A DNA stretch of 64,000 nt, taken from assembly GCA_963790305.1 (NCBI GenBank), contig CAWBOC010000005.1, positions 256,001-320,000 on the forward strand, read 5' to 3'. Origin of the DNA: an uncultured Gemmatimonadaceae bacterium. GTDB taxonomy: Bacteria; Gemmatimonadota; Gemmatimonadetes; Gemmatimonadales; Gemmatimonadaceae. Within the stretch, counting starts at the first letter, position 1. Each line of letters opens with the position of its first letter. Shown piece after piece: positions 1-9,688 of this stretch. Made by a program: the position numbers and the translations under genes. A model generated the notes under the pieces. That model saw only the letters and a program-made list of their open reading frames with translations. It did not search any database and was not told the origin of the DNA.

Positions 1-260
1 ACCAGGTCGAGCTGATCGCGCCGCACGAGCACACGGGCGCTCGTGTCGGCGAGCAGACTCTTCCAGGGAACACCCAGCGAGAGCAACGCCCCGTCGGCGC
101 GTGGCATCCACATCTCGACGGTCTGGATCACCGACTCGATGGTGAGTCGAGGCGGCGCCGACGAGAATCCCATCCGATACGAACGTCCTTGCGCCGGCGC
201 GTCGGGCTCCGAACAGGCCACGACCGCGCCTAACAAGAGCGCAGCCGTGGCTCTGCTCAC
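1..260 (-). CDS. Hypothetical lipoprotein, N-terminal part (runs off window edge)
   Basis: Manual translation VSRATAALLLGAVVAC-SEPDAPAQGRSYRMGFSS...; lipobox-like VVAC; GTG start overlaps the TGA of the upstream gene (GTGA). Confidence 0.6.
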   Translation of the reverse strand, partial: MSRATAALLLGAVVACSEPDAPAQGRSYRMGFSSAPPRLTIESVIQTVEMWMPRADGALLSLGVPWKSLLADTSARVLVRRDQLDL

Positions 261-1438
261 CGCGCGGTCTTCGGAACGACGCGGAGCAGCTTGCCGTTGG
301 GCTCGTCGGTCACGAGATACAGGAGCCCGTCCGGCCCCTGCTGAACGTCGCGAATGCGCGCCCCGAGACTGTAGAGCTCCTCCCGCGTAACGCGCCCGTT
401 CTCGATCGTGAGCCTCACCAGTGCACTCCGACCCATCGATCCGACAAACGCGCTCCCCTTCCATCCCGGGTAGCGGTCACCCGTGTAGAACGTCATGCCC
501 GACGGCGCGATGACAGGATCCCAGTAGTAGACGGGTTGCTCCATCCCCTCTTTCTGGGCGCCCTCGCCGATCGACCCGCCCGAGTAGTCGCGACCGTAGG
601 TAATGACCGGCCACCCATAATTCTTTCCCTTCTCGGGACGGTTCAGCTCGTCGCCTCCCGCCGCGCCATGCTCGACCGTCCATAGCTGCCCCGTTTCGGG
701 GTGGAGCGCCGCCGCCTGCGCGTTCCGGTGACCGAGCGACCAGATCTCCGGTCGCGCATCGTTGCGTCCAACGAACGGGTTATCTGATGGGATGCTGCCG
801 TCCGGGTTGATGCGCACGACCTTCCCGATCCCTGACGACAGCTGCTGCGCCTGCTGGCGGAACGATCCTGATTGCCGGTCGCCCTGGGTGACGAAGAGCT
901 TGCCATCGCGCGAGAACACGAGCCGCGAGCCGTAGTGGCCGCCGCTGCGAACCTTGGGCTCCTGCCGGTAGATCACCTGGACGTTGTCGAGTCGTCCATT
1001 CCCGAGCCGCCCGCGAGCGACCGACGTGCCCGAGACTCCGCCTTCGCCCGGCTCGGAGAAGGAGAGATACACCAGCTGGTTCTGCGCAAAGTCGGGATCG
1101 ATCGCGACGTCGAGCAATCCACCCTGACTCACCGCCTGCACCGCTGGGACGCCGCCGAGTGGCTCCGAGAGACGTCCGCTCGTGTCGACGATGCGAAGCC
1201 GGCCGGGCCGCTCGGTGACGAGGATGCGACCATCAGGCAGGAACGCGAGCCCCCATGGGTGCTCGAGACCGCTGACGACGGTCTCGGCCGTGACGTTCCC
1301 ATCGATCGACCGAGGCTGCGGGGACGCCTGAGCCGGGCCCGTGCGAGCCGGCTGCGCCTTGCATTGGGTCACCAGGGGCGCTGCGACGAGCAGGAACGCC
1401 AACGTCATCGTCCAGCGGGGCATACCGGTGGATCGCAT
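257..1438 (-). CDS. PQQ-dependent sugar dehydrogenase (glucose/sorbosone dehydrogenase, YliI-like)
   Basis: Motifs GLEHPWGLAFLPDG, QGGLLDV, HYGSRL, GHRNAQ, GGDELN, NYGWP, RIRDV; signal peptide. Confidence 0.92.
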   Translation of the reverse strand: MRSTGMPRWTMTLAFLLVAAPLVTQCKAQPARTGPAQASPQPRSIDGNVTAETVVSGLEHPWGLAFLPDGRILVTERPGRLRIVDTSGRLSEPLGGVPAVQAVSQGGLLDVAIDPDFAQNQLVYLSFSEPGEGGVSGTSVARGRLGNGRLDNVQVIYRQEPKVRSGGHYGSRLVFSRDGKLFVTQGDRQSGSFRQQAQQLSSGIGKVVRINPDGSIPSDNPFVGRNDARPEIWSLGHRNAQAAALHPETGQLWTVEHGAAGGDELNRPEKGKNYGWPVITYGRDYSGGSIGEGAQKEGMEQPVYYWDPVIAPSGMTFYTGDRYPGWKGSAFVGSMGRSALVRLTIENGRVTREELYSLGARIRDVQQGPDGLLYLVTDEPNGKLLRVVPKTAR

Positions 1439-1576
1439 CTCTTACTCCTTAATGAGCGGGTCTGCTGAAGTGTGGCTCGCGGGCGCACCTCATGCAACGA
1501 CACTACCGGAGTGGGGCGTGCGAAAGTTGCAAGGAACGCCGCCATTGTAATTCCCGCACTCAAGGAGATCGGCGAG

Positions 1577-2972
1577 ATGACGAGGAGCCGCGGTGGTGCC
1601 AGACGGCCGTTGACGTACGCGATGATGGTTGCGGCGGTTGCTGTCAGCGCATGTCAGCGGGGCGAGCGCGCGTCGGAGGGTGGCGATACCTCTTCCACGG
1701 CGCGCGGCGGGGGCGACACGAGCGCGGCATGTCCGGCCGACAATGGCGGCATCACGCTGCCGGCCGGCTTTTGCGCCACCGTCTTCGCCGACACGGTGGG
1801 GCACGCGCGCCACATGGTGGTCGCGCCTAACGGCGTCGTGTACGTCAACACGTGGAGCGGGCGCTATTACGGTAATGCGCCGGCACCGCGCGGAGGGTTC
1901 CTCGTCGCGCTCCGCGACACGACCGGCGACGGCGTGGCCGACGTGCGGATGCGGTTTGGCGACAGTGTGCGCAGCGGCGGCATTGGCGGTACGGGGATCG
2001 CCCTTCACGACGGCGATCTCTTCGCCGAGACCAACGACAAGATCGTTCGGTATGACCTTGCCGCTGACGCGATCACTCCGAGCGCCTCGCCGACGACTGT
2101 CGTCAGCGGGCTTCCCCTGACGGGCGGCCATCCGGCCCACCCCTTCGCGATCGCGTCGAATGGGGCACTGTTCGTCAACTCAGGCTCGGCGACGAACGCC
2201 TGCGGCGTTCGCGATCGCGAGCCTGGGTCACGCGGCCACGACCCGTGCACGGAGCTGCGGACCCGCGCCGGCATTCTGGCGATACGACGCAAATCGCACC
2301 GGACAAACCTTTTCCCCCGCGGAGCGCTTCGCGACAGGCATCCGAAACGCCATCGGCATCACCATCGGCCCGAACGGAGCGCTCTTCGCGACGCAACATG
2401 GCCGTGATCAGCTAGTCGAGAGTTGGCCGGCACTCTACACCGTGGAGCAGGGACAGAATCTTCCCGCGGAGGAGCTGCTTCAGGTCGAAGAGGGCGGCGA
2501 CTACGGGTGGCCGTACTGCTACTACGATGACACGAAGCGTCAGCTGGTTGTGGCCCCCGAGTATGGTGGCAACGGAAGCGACGTCGGGCGGTGTGCCTCC
2601 ATGCGCGGCCCCACCGCGACCTTCCCCGCCCACTGGGCGCCTAACGGCGTGGTGTTCTACTCGGGGGATCGGTTCCCGGCCCGATATCGCGGCGGTGCCT
2701 TCATCGCCTTCCATGGGTCATGGAATCGCGCCCCGGGTCCTCAAGGCGGGTACAACGTGGTGTTCGTTCCATTCTCGGGGGCCAATCCGTCGGGGGCATT
2801 CGAGGCGTTCGCGGACGGATTCGCAGGCACGGAGAAATCGCCGGACCGCGCTGCGCATCGCCCGTCAGGCCTCGCGGTGGGGCCCGACGGGTCGCTGTAC
2901 ATCAGTGATGACAAGGCGGGACGAATCTGGCGCGTCGTCTATCGAGGCGCGCAGGGTGGTGCCAGCCGTTAG
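1577..2972 (+). CDS. PQQ-dependent sorbosone dehydrogenase family lipoprotein, split by a +1 frameshift near 2275
   Basis: ORFs 1472..2407 and 2160..2972 join as ...RTRAGI/WRYDANRTGQ... if one T is removed from GGCATTCTGG; motifs GIRNAIG, HGRDQ, DYGWPYCY, AHWAP, FHGSWNR, HRPSGLAVGPDG. Confidence 0.85.
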
Positions 2973-3388
2973 GCAGCGCGACCCGGCAGATCCTCGACCA
3001 CCGCTGGTGCGGCGGGGCCAATCACCTCGGCGAAGCCACCGTACCGCCACACGGCACGGTTGAGGCGCGACGTCGCCCGCACGAGATCGTACGCGCGCAG
3101 GCGAACAGGAGCCCGCACGATGACGAAGCCATGGGCATCGGGATGGCGATCGAGCGCGGTGAACCCGGCCAGCGCGATCGCCGAGAGTGCCATGTCGGCC
3201 AGCTCGGGCGTGTGCAGCGCGAGTGAGAAGTCGACGTCGCATTCCTCGCCGATGGCGTAGCCATCCTCCGCGAGCCGCTCCACTTCACGAGCGGCGAGGC
3301 TCCGGGGCCATGCCGCGGAGAGCGCAGCCGTGGCGACATCGATGACGTCCACTGCAAGTGCTGGTGCGTGGTCGAGTAGGTGGCTCAT
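2969..3388 (-). CDS. Hypothetical protein, possibly RraB (RNase E inhibitor) domain
   Basis: 139-aa ORF; L-x-E-D-G...VDF and terminal YGG pattern resemble RraB-domain proteins (recalled similarity). Confidence 0.45.
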   Translation of the reverse strand: MSHLLDHAPALAVDVIDVATAALSAAWPRSLAAREVERLAEDGYAIGEECDVDFSLALHTPELADMALSAIALAGFTALDRHPDAHGFVIVRAPVRLRAYDLVRATSRLNRAVWRYGGFAEVIGPAAPAVVEDLPGRAA

Positions 3389-3520
3389 AACGATGTGTCC
3401 TTACGTTTTTTACAACGTGCTGCGGTCGTGTTCCGAGTGTGGGTTTGTCCACTTGGCATATCCCGGGCCGCGCACGGCGAAGGGGACAAACCCGGCGGCG
3501 GGGGCACGGTATGCCGGGGC

Positions 3521-4216
3521 CTAGGGCGTGCTTGCCTCTCTCACGAGCCTGAAGTCGTACTCCAGCGCGATCGTATCGGCGACGCTGAGCACCGATCGCA
3601 CCTGCGGCTTGTCCATCTGGAATTCAGTAAAGGCAAACTTCGTCGAGGCGGTCCCGGACACCTGTCCGTTTGCGACAGTGGCGTTCACGCGCCAGGTCGT
3701 CGGCCGCGTGACACCACGGACGGTGAGATCCCCCAGCAGGTCGAAGGTGGACGATCCCGATCCCGACGGCGGCAGCGTGATGCCTCGCGCCTCCGTGGGA
3801 ACGAAGACCACCGACGGATACTGCGCCGCTTGAAGGAGGCGCCCTCGCACGTAGTTGTCGCGCCGGTCGCGATCGCTCGCGAACGCGGCGGCGTCGATCA
3901 CGAACCGCGACGCATCGCGAATCACCTTGCCCGCGTCATCGATCGCGACGACACCGGTGACGGCCGTACTCTTGCCCACCGCGTCGTTGGGCAGATCGAA
4001 TCCCACGAGCTGCTCGCGGACGCGATAACGGACCTCGTTTCCCGACGGTGCGACGGTATAGCGTGTGCCCTCGACGGCGAGCGGCGCGAGCGCGCCGGCA
4101 CTGGTCGATGCTGTCGTGTCGATTGTCGCCGACTGCGCCTCATCCGAAGGCGCGCAGCCACCGAGAATCGACAGTCCCGCTGCGGCAGCGACGATGAAGT
4201 GACGTGTGCTGATCAT
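3521..4216 (-). CDS. YceI family (lipid/polyisoprenoid-binding) lipoprotein
   Basis: Lipobox LGGC; motifs SDRDRRDNYVR, GDLTVRGVTRP. Confidence 0.85.
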   Translation of the reverse strand: MISTRHFIVAAAAGLSILGGCAPSDEAQSATIDTTASTSAGALAPLAVEGTRYTVAPSGNEVRYRVREQLVGFDLPNDAVGKSTAVTGVVAIDDAGKVIRDASRFVIDAAAFASDRDRRDNYVRGRLLQAAQYPSVVFVPTEARGITLPPSGSGSSTFDLLGDLTVRGVTRPTTWRVNATVANGQVSGTASTKFAFTEFQMDKPQVRSVLSVADTIALEYDFRLVREASTP

Positions 4217-4233
4217 TGATGATTCTCTCCGCA

Positions 4234-4707
4234 CTACGGGGCAAGATCCTCGGTCGACCACCGGGAGTAGTAGTTGATGAAATGCCCGCGGTGTGCGGCC
4301 AGTGCGTCGCGTGCACGCGTCTTGGACCCCTCGTCGCGAGAAGCGACCACGACCACGAAGTGTCCCGATTCGAGCTCCCGTACATGGCGAGCGGTGTGCT
4401 CGCGTTCTTCGCCCAGCGCATCCACCACCCGGAACAACCGAGCGAGCAGCCCTTTGCGCTTGCCTTGCGCATCGATCTGCTGAATTCCGCGCGCACCACA
4501 AAGCACGTGCACGTCCGACTCGCCAAACCCGCTCGAGACCAGCTCGTCCACGGCAGCCTCGAGGTCTTCCGAATTGTCGACGACGCCGACTACAGACTGG
4601 TACGGAAACAGCTTGTGCCCCTCCCGCTCGGTCGTCGGGCCGCGTTCCGCAGCTGGGGTCGTACGGTCGCCCTTTTCATGGGCCCGCTCCTCCGGATCCT
4701 GACGCAT
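4234..4707 (-). CDS. Hypothetical protein, general stress protein 17M/YflT-like
   Basis: VVGVVD...AAVDELVSSGF..DVHVL and ELESGHFVVVV patterns; start uncertain. Confidence 0.55.
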   Translation of the reverse strand: MRQDPEERAHEKGDRTTPAAERGPTTEREGHKLFPYQSVVGVVDNSEDLEAAVDELVSSGFGESDVHVLCGARGIQQIDAQGKRKGLLARLFRVVDALGEEREHTARHVRELESGHFVVVVASRDEGSKTRARDALAAHRGHFINYYSRWSTEDLAP

Positions 4708-4869
4708 GCGACTCCTTGTCCAGGTTTGTCGGGCACGGAATTCAACCGCGCCAGCCTGCGAAACGCCGTCACCGTCTCGGACCGATCGACGCTCGCCCTG
4801 TTGAGCGCCTTCCAAGAATCTCGATAGTGCGGTCGTAGGTGGGCCGGTCCACTGGAAAGGGCGTGCCAT

Positions 4870-5000
4870 GCACACGCTCCGATGCCGCGCGAGCGCTCTG
4901 ACGCGCGTCGCAGCACACCGCTTCGTGCGGCTCATCGACGAAGCTCTGCACGTGCGATGAGAGCCAGCGATATCGCCGCCCCGACGTCGAATCCGTCGAA
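4870..5000 (-). pseudogene. Possible remnant of a DUF763-family gene
   Basis: Minus-strand translation RRYRWLSSHVQSFVDEPHEAVCCDAR resembles a segment I recall from DUF763 proteins; no intact gene around it. Confidence 0.3.
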
Positions 5001-5164
5001 CGGGCCAATTGCGGGTCGACATTCTGGGAAGCCGCGGGCCAGTGATGTAGATCACGCCCGCGCCGCCAGTTCGCGAGGGTACGCATCATGCCACGAAAAG
5101 GCAGCCTGTGGGTGAAACGCAGACTCACGGACGAATTGCGGGCAACGAACCACGGGAGCGAGAT

Positions 5165-5515
5165 ATGGGACTCTTCGACAAGGACCCCGATAAGAAGGAC
5201 AATGCGGGGAACAAGCCCAAGGCGGACTTCTCCAATGTCCGGGGCGGCAGCTCGGAAGACAACGCAGGGAACAAGGGCAAGGCGGACTTCTCCAATGTCC
5301 GGGGCGGCAGCTCCAGCACCGCGCCGAGCTCGCGGTCCGATGTGGAAGTGCGGAGCTATACCGTCGTCTCTGGCGATAGCCTGTCGAAAATCGCCAAGCG
5401 CGAGTACGGCGATGCACAGAAGTGGCGTCAGATCTACGAAGCGAATCGAGACCAGATCAAGGATCCAGACCTGATCCATCCGGGCCAGGTGCTCACCATT
5501 CCCGCCGAGCAGTGA
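5165..5515 (+). CDS. LysM peptidoglycan-binding domain protein with duplicated N-terminal motif
   Basis: C-terminal YTVVSGDSLSKIAKREYGDAQKWRQIYEANRDQIKDPDLIHPGQVLTIP. Confidence 0.9.
   Translation: MGLFDKDPDKKDNAGNKPKADFSNVRGGSSEDNAGNKGKADFSNVRGGSSSTAPSSRSDVEVRSYTVVSGDSLSKIAKREYGDAQKWRQIYEANRDQIKDPDLIHPGQVLTIPAEQ
5198..5313 (+). repeat. 60-bp tandem duplication inside the LysM gene
   Basis: GACAAYGCRGGGAACAAG...GGCGGACTTCTCCAATGTCCGGGGCGGCAGCTC occurs twice, 60 bp apart. Confidence 0.9.
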
Positions 5516-5525
5516 GGAACCACTC

Positions 5526-5990
5526 ATGACGAGCAATCTTTCCAGCACGCTACTGAAGGGCGCATGCTTCGCGCTTGCGCTCACGACCTTCGCGTGCAAG
5601 GATCGCACGGAAGACGCGAGCACCACGACCTCCGGCGGCGCGGTTGCCGATGCGACGGTCATCGAGATCGCCGAAGTCGATCTGGGCAAGGGCATCCAGT
5701 CCGACAAGACGATCCGCGACGAGACCGATGACTTCGGGCAGCGCGATTCGGTCTACGCTTCCGTCCGCACCACGGGCGCGGCGAACTCCGCGACCATCAC
5801 CGCGCGCTGGACGTTCCAGGATGGCCAGCTCGTGGACGAGCGCACCGAGACAATCTCTCCCACGGGCTCGGGCGATGCGAACACGGTGTTCTTCATCACG
5901 CAGCCCAACGGCCTGCCGAAGGGGAACTACACGCTGACCGTTCTGTTGAACGGCGCCGAAGCGCAGAAGAAAGAGTTCGAGGTGAAGTAG
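5526..5990 (+). CDS. Hypothetical lipoprotein (beta-rich, Ig-like)
   Basis: Lipobox TFAC; GAGGA RBS; co-directional with the LysM gene. Confidence 0.75.
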   Translation: MTSNLSSTLLKGACFALALTTFACKDRTEDASTTTSGGAVADATVIEIAEVDLGKGIQSDKTIRDETDDFGQRDSVYASVRTTGAANSATITARWTFQDGQLVDERTETISPTGSGDANTVFFITQPNGLPKGNYTLTVLLNGAEAQKKEFEVK

Positions 5991-6140
5991 GGATCAGGAG
6001 TCAGGAGTCAGGGATCAGGGAGGGAAAAGCAAACGGCGACGCACCGCGTCGCCGTTTGCTCATCTGATGAGGGCCGCTGCGCGCGAAGCGCGCGCGGCCC
6101 CTTTCCATCCCTGACCCCTGACTCCTGACTCCTGACCCCT
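5989..6140. repeat. Composite palindromic element, copy 1 (TCAGGAG arms plus internal hairpins)
   Basis: Outer inverted arms of (TCAGGAG)n/(CTCCTGA)n; inner hairpins AGCAAACGGCGACGC-acc-GCGTCGCCGTTTGCT and GGGCCGC...GCGGCCC separated by TCATCTGATGA. Confidence 0.85.
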
Positions 6141-6175
6141 GCCCTTGCTTGACACCCGCCGACGCCCGGTACTTC

Positions 6176-6189
6176 GTTCACCTATGAAC
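6176..6189. promoter_or_regulatory. Putative MarR operator overlapping the marR start codon
   Basis: Palindrome GTTCA-CCTA-TGAAC. Confidence 0.5.
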
Positions 6190-6606
6190 CGTCCCGCCGG
6201 CAAAGCCGATCCCGTCATGTTCTCGCTGCTCGAGGCGGCGCACGCACTCGAGCAACGCCTCGAGAGCGCACTGGCGGAGGTTGGGCTGTCGATGGCGAAG
6301 TACGGCGTCGTCTCCCAACTCGCCCGCTCCGGTGGGCCGCTGGCGCTCAGCGAGCTCGCGACGCGGCAGAGCTGCGTGCGCTCCAACATGACGCAGCTGA
6401 TCGACCGGCTCGAGGCCGACGGGCTCGTGCGCCGGGTGGACGACCCCGCCGATCGGCGCAGCGTCCGCGCCGCCATCACCCGCCTCGGCGAGGAACGCGC
6501 AGCGGCCGGCGCGCGCGCCATGAAGCGGGTCGAGGACGACTTCGCGGCGTCCATCCCCCCGCGGGACCGCGACATACTGACCCGGATGCTCGCCGGCTTC
6601 AAATAG
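6184..6606 (+). CDS. MarR family transcriptional regulator
   Basis: wHTH LSELA...NMTQLIDRLEADGLVRRVDDPADRRSVRAAIT. Confidence 0.92.
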   Translation: MNRPAGKADPVMFSLLEAAHALEQRLESALAEVGLSMAKYGVVSQLARSGGPLALSELATRQSCVRSNMTQLIDRLEADGLVRRVDDPADRRSVRAAITRLGEERAAAGARAMKRVEDDFAASIPPRDRDILTRMLAGFK

Positions 6607-6640
6607 CGTCGCAGTCCGTGGCCCGGTCCCGGGAACTATG

Positions 6641-6654
6641 CTTCATATATGAAC
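6641..6654. promoter_or_regulatory. Putative MarR operator upstream of the outer-membrane protein gene
   Basis: Palindrome TTCA-TATA-TGAA(C), same consensus as 6176-6189. Confidence 0.5.
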
Positions 6655-6709
6655 GTTATTGATCCGTACAACGCAGTACGTGAACGTTCCCTTGTACGGA
6701 GGTGGTGTC

Positions 6710-7303
6710 ATGTCAGTCAGCCGTTCTGCTGTTTCGCGCCTCCTGGGTGGAGCCGCGGTGGTCGCGTTGGCCGTCGCCAATCCCCTCGAGGCACAATCCC
6801 AGTCGTCAGGCAACTTCGAGATCCGTCCGTACGTCGGCGCGTATCTCCCGACGGGTGATCAGCGCGACATTCTGAAGGACGCGGTTCTCCTCGGCGCGCA
6901 GGCGTCGTATCGCGTGATTCCGCAGCTCGCGATCACCGGCACGCTCGGATGGTCCCCGACCGAGGACAGAGTCGGAGCCGGCCAGACGCTGGACCTTCTG
7001 CAGTATGACGTCGGCGCGGAGCTTCGCGCGCCAGCGTGGGTTCAGCGCGCGTCGTGGGACTTCAGCCCATTCGTAGGTCTTGGCGTCGGGGGACGCACCT
7101 ATGACTACCGCGATCTCGACGTCGACGCCAAGACCAACGTCGCCGGGTACGGCGCGTTAGGCGGAGAGTTCGGGTTCGGGCAGTTTGGGCTACGCATCGA
7201 AGGCCGCGACTACGTATCCCGGTTCAAGCCGCTGACCGGTACTGGTGAGACCAAGACGAGAAATGACGTCGCGGTCGCCGCTGGCCTGACGATTCGCTTC
7301 TGA
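6710..7303 (+). CDS. Outer membrane beta-barrel protein
   Basis: Signal peptide ending LEA-Q, amphipathic beta pattern, C-terminal Phe; GGAGG RBS. Confidence 0.8.
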   Translation: MSVSRSAVSRLLGGAAVVALAVANPLEAQSQSSGNFEIRPYVGAYLPTGDQRDILKDAVLLGAQASYRVIPQLAITGTLGWSPTEDRVGAGQTLDLLQYDVGAELRAPAWVQRASWDFSPFVGLGVGGRTYDYRDLDVDAKTNVAGYGALGGEFGFGQFGLRIEGRDYVSRFKPLTGTGETKTRNDVAVAAGLTIRF

Positions 7304-7408
7304 TCGTCCGCAGTCACCCGCTCCGCGCACCGCTGGCCAGTGGGTTCGGCCAGCGGTCGCGGGCACCGGGGCGCGCAGCCGCGCAGGGCGCGCGCACGCA
7401 GCGTCCTC

Positions 7409-7672
7409 TCAGGGTGTGGTGGTGGTCCGGCGCCTCGTGATGAGCCGGTACACCCAGAGAAGGATGACGGCCCCCAGCACTGAAACGATCCAGCCAGCGC
7501 TCTCCCCTGCGTCATACAACCCCACCGCTCGCCCGATCAGCGTACCCACCGTGGCGCCCGCGATTCCGATGAGGATCGTCACGATCCACCCGCCCGGATC
7601 TTTGCCCGGCATGACGAACTTCGCGATCAGGCCGACAATCAGTCCGATAATGATGGTGGTAATGATGGTCAC
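7409..7672 (-). CDS. GlsB/YeaQ/YmgE family (transglycosylase-associated) membrane protein
   Basis: IIIGLIVGLIAKFVMPGKDPGG..TILIGIAGA. Confidence 0.9.
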   Translation of the reverse strand: MTIITTIIIGLIVGLIAKFVMPGKDPGGWIVTILIGIAGATVGTLIGRAVGLYDAGESAGWIVSVLGAVILLWVYRLITRRRTTTTP

Positions 7673-7768
7673 TGGGTTCCTCCGTCGAGGACTGAGGGTT
7701 GTGCCGCGTGCCTCATTGTTACGACCCCAATGCGCTTCGTGTCAATCCGCCGCGTTCGACGCTGAGCC

Positions 7769-9688
7769 TCAGCCGCGGGGCAGCGGGATGACACCGCTGA
7801 GGCCGCCAGTAAGGGCATCGATCTGAGCCTGCAGTCGCTGACGCTCCGCCGCGAGCCGCGCGCGTCCGTCCTCGACGCGTCGCTCGGCCTCTGCGCGCAC
7901 CTCGGCCACCCGTGCGCGCACGGGCGCGGTTCGCTCGTCGACGATCCGGTCTACCGCCAGGCGCGCTCGGGCTTCAGCGCGGGCAATCTCCTCGCCAGCG
8001 ACCTCGCGAACGCGAGCGGCGACAGCACGATCGAGGTTCGAGCTGATGGTGATCGCCGGCGAGCGAAGCTCGCCCGTGAGATTTGCGGTGACCTCGAGCT
8101 CGCGCAATCCCGAGACGACACGAGCCACGAGCTGCTCGAGCGTATTGAGATTTCGCGCGCGCACCGAGTCGGAGATCCACCGCACGTCGGTCGATCGAAT
8201 GGTCCAGCGGGCAGCGACCTTGTTCCCGGTCCGGAGAAAGTCGAGCCGACTCGTTCCCTTGCCGGGCTCCACTCGCAGCGGCAGTGCTGGAAGGGAGAAG
8301 CCGGGAATCGAGATGTCGCTGCCCACGGCGGTCACCGAATCCCGCGTCCGGCCGGCGGCGTGGTTGATGAGCCCGCTGACCTGGAGCGCACCAATGGTCG
8401 TGCCCGCCGCATCGCGCCGCGCGGAAAAGCGCGTCGGCCGTCCGACGAGCGCCGGCGTCGTCGTTAGGTCACTTACCCGTGCGACGTAACTGCCTCGGGC
8501 TGCCCCGGCGTCGAGCGCGAAGTCGAGCTCGCCCGCCTGCAGGTGAAAGTCCGGGAGTTGTCTCGCCCGCGGAAACGCGACGGTCGCGCCCGCGGCGCGA
8601 AGGCGCTCGGGCCCTTCACGCGCGCGAGGACGCAGCCCGGGCGGCATGTACTGCTGCGCGAGCTCCGCCCAGTAGACTACTTGCTGATACCGATCGAGCG
8701 TGACCGGACCGAACAGCGCACCGCCGATCTCCGGACCTTCAAGAGAGGGAATCTTGAGGAGGCCTCGGGCGAACGCGTAGTCGGCGCGTCGCGCATCGTT
8801 CAGGGATGTCAGGCCGGTGTCCATCACGGCAATGGCGGCTCGAACATTCCTGTGGAGCCCATCGAGGCGACTCCTCGTCTCATCGATCTGGCGAACGACC
8901 CGACGAACATCGGCCACGGCCCGCCGCGTTCCATCGATGCCGAGGCTCCGTGGAGTGGCCCCAGACAGTCGCGTGACAAGAGCCTCTGAAGAATCGAACG
9001 TGGTTCGGAGATCGAGCGTGCGCCACTCGGCGTCGAGCGCGCGGTGAATCGAGTCGGCGCGTGACGCCATCGCGGTGGCGGCGCGAACGGTGCCGAGCTG
9101 ACTCGGGTCGAGCACGATCTGCCTGATGGTGTCGATAGGCGTGAGCGCCAGAACGGGATGGCGATACTTCGCGGCCCATTCCTTCACGCTCCGAAGCGTG
9201 GTGGCGGCAAAGCCGTTTGGGTCGACGGCGCGCGCTGGCTCGGCACGGGAGGTTCCCAGGCGCACGCCACCGACGGTCATGCGACGGATGATCAGCTTCT
9301 TCTCGAGCAGCGGCGTTGGCTCGAGCTCCACCCGGATGCGCTCCGCGGCGATCACGTTGCGTCGAGGCTCGAACGGGTCGGCGATCGCCAGCCCGCGAAA
9401 CTCGATCGAGCTTTCGCGCTCGCGCACCTCGAGTGAGGCGATGTCCACCTGCGTCCCGAGCGCCTTGGTCGCCGCCTCGGCCGCCGTCTGCCTAACTACG
9501 CGATCGCCGAAGAGCAGCCAGAACGCGACGAGGAGGACGAGCAGCAGGGCGAGCGGGACGAGCCCCTGCCAGCGAACCAGTCGCTTTCGCTTCGGCGGCG
9601 CCTGCTCGCCCGCTGGAGTGCCGGACGCGTCCGGCGTGTAGCGGGCGCCCTGACCCGCGTCAGTCCGGGCGGAACCAGGTGTAGACAT
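7769..9688 (-). CDS. TIGR03545 family protein
   Basis: RWQG plus TM anchor, long helical region, SSNLD motif; adjacent to TIGR03546 partner. Confidence 0.75.
   Translation of the reverse strand: MSTPGSARTDAGQGARYTPDASGTPAGEQAPPKRKRLVRWQGLVPLALLLVLLVAFWLLFGDRVVRQTAAEAATKALGTQVDIASLEVRERESSIEFRGLAIADPFEPRRNVIAAERIRVELEPTPLLEKKLIIRRMTVGGVRLGTSRAEPARAVDPNGFAATTLRSVKEWAAKYRHPVLALTPIDTIRQIVLDPSQLGTVRAATAMASRADSIHRALDAEWRTLDLRTTFDSSEALVTRLSGATPRSLGIDGTRRAVADVRRVVRQIDETRSRLDGLHRNVRAAIAVMDTGLTSLNDARRADYAFARGLLKIPSLEGPEIGGALFGPVTLDRYQQVVYWAELAQQYMPPGLRPRAREGPERLRAAGATVAFPRARQLPDFHLQAGELDFALDAGAARGSYVARVSDLTTTPALVGRPTRFSARRDAAGTTIGALQVSGLINHAAGRTRDSVTAVGSDISIPGFSLPALPLRVEPGKGTSRLDFLRTGNKVAARWTIRSTDVRWISDSVRARNLNTLEQLVARVVSGLRELEVTANLTGELRSPAITISSNLDRAVAARVREVAGEEIARAEARARLAVDRIVDERTAPVRARVAEVRAEAERRVEDGRARLAAERQRLQAQIDALTGGLSGVIPLPRG

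Noticed and set aside
2260..2290. Programmed frameshift or true pseudogene in the sorbosone dehydrogenase
   Set aside because: No slippery site. All frameshifts in the window (here, mrpF, gap) are single-base insertions in otherwise intact genes, which is most consistent with long-read errors; reads would settle it.
6061..6106. Hammerhead ribozyme suggested by CTGATGA followed by a stem (also in the 31 kb copy)
   Set aside because: The required GAAA after stem II is absent (CTTT or CTTA instead); CTGATGA is simply half of the palindrome TCATCTGATGA.
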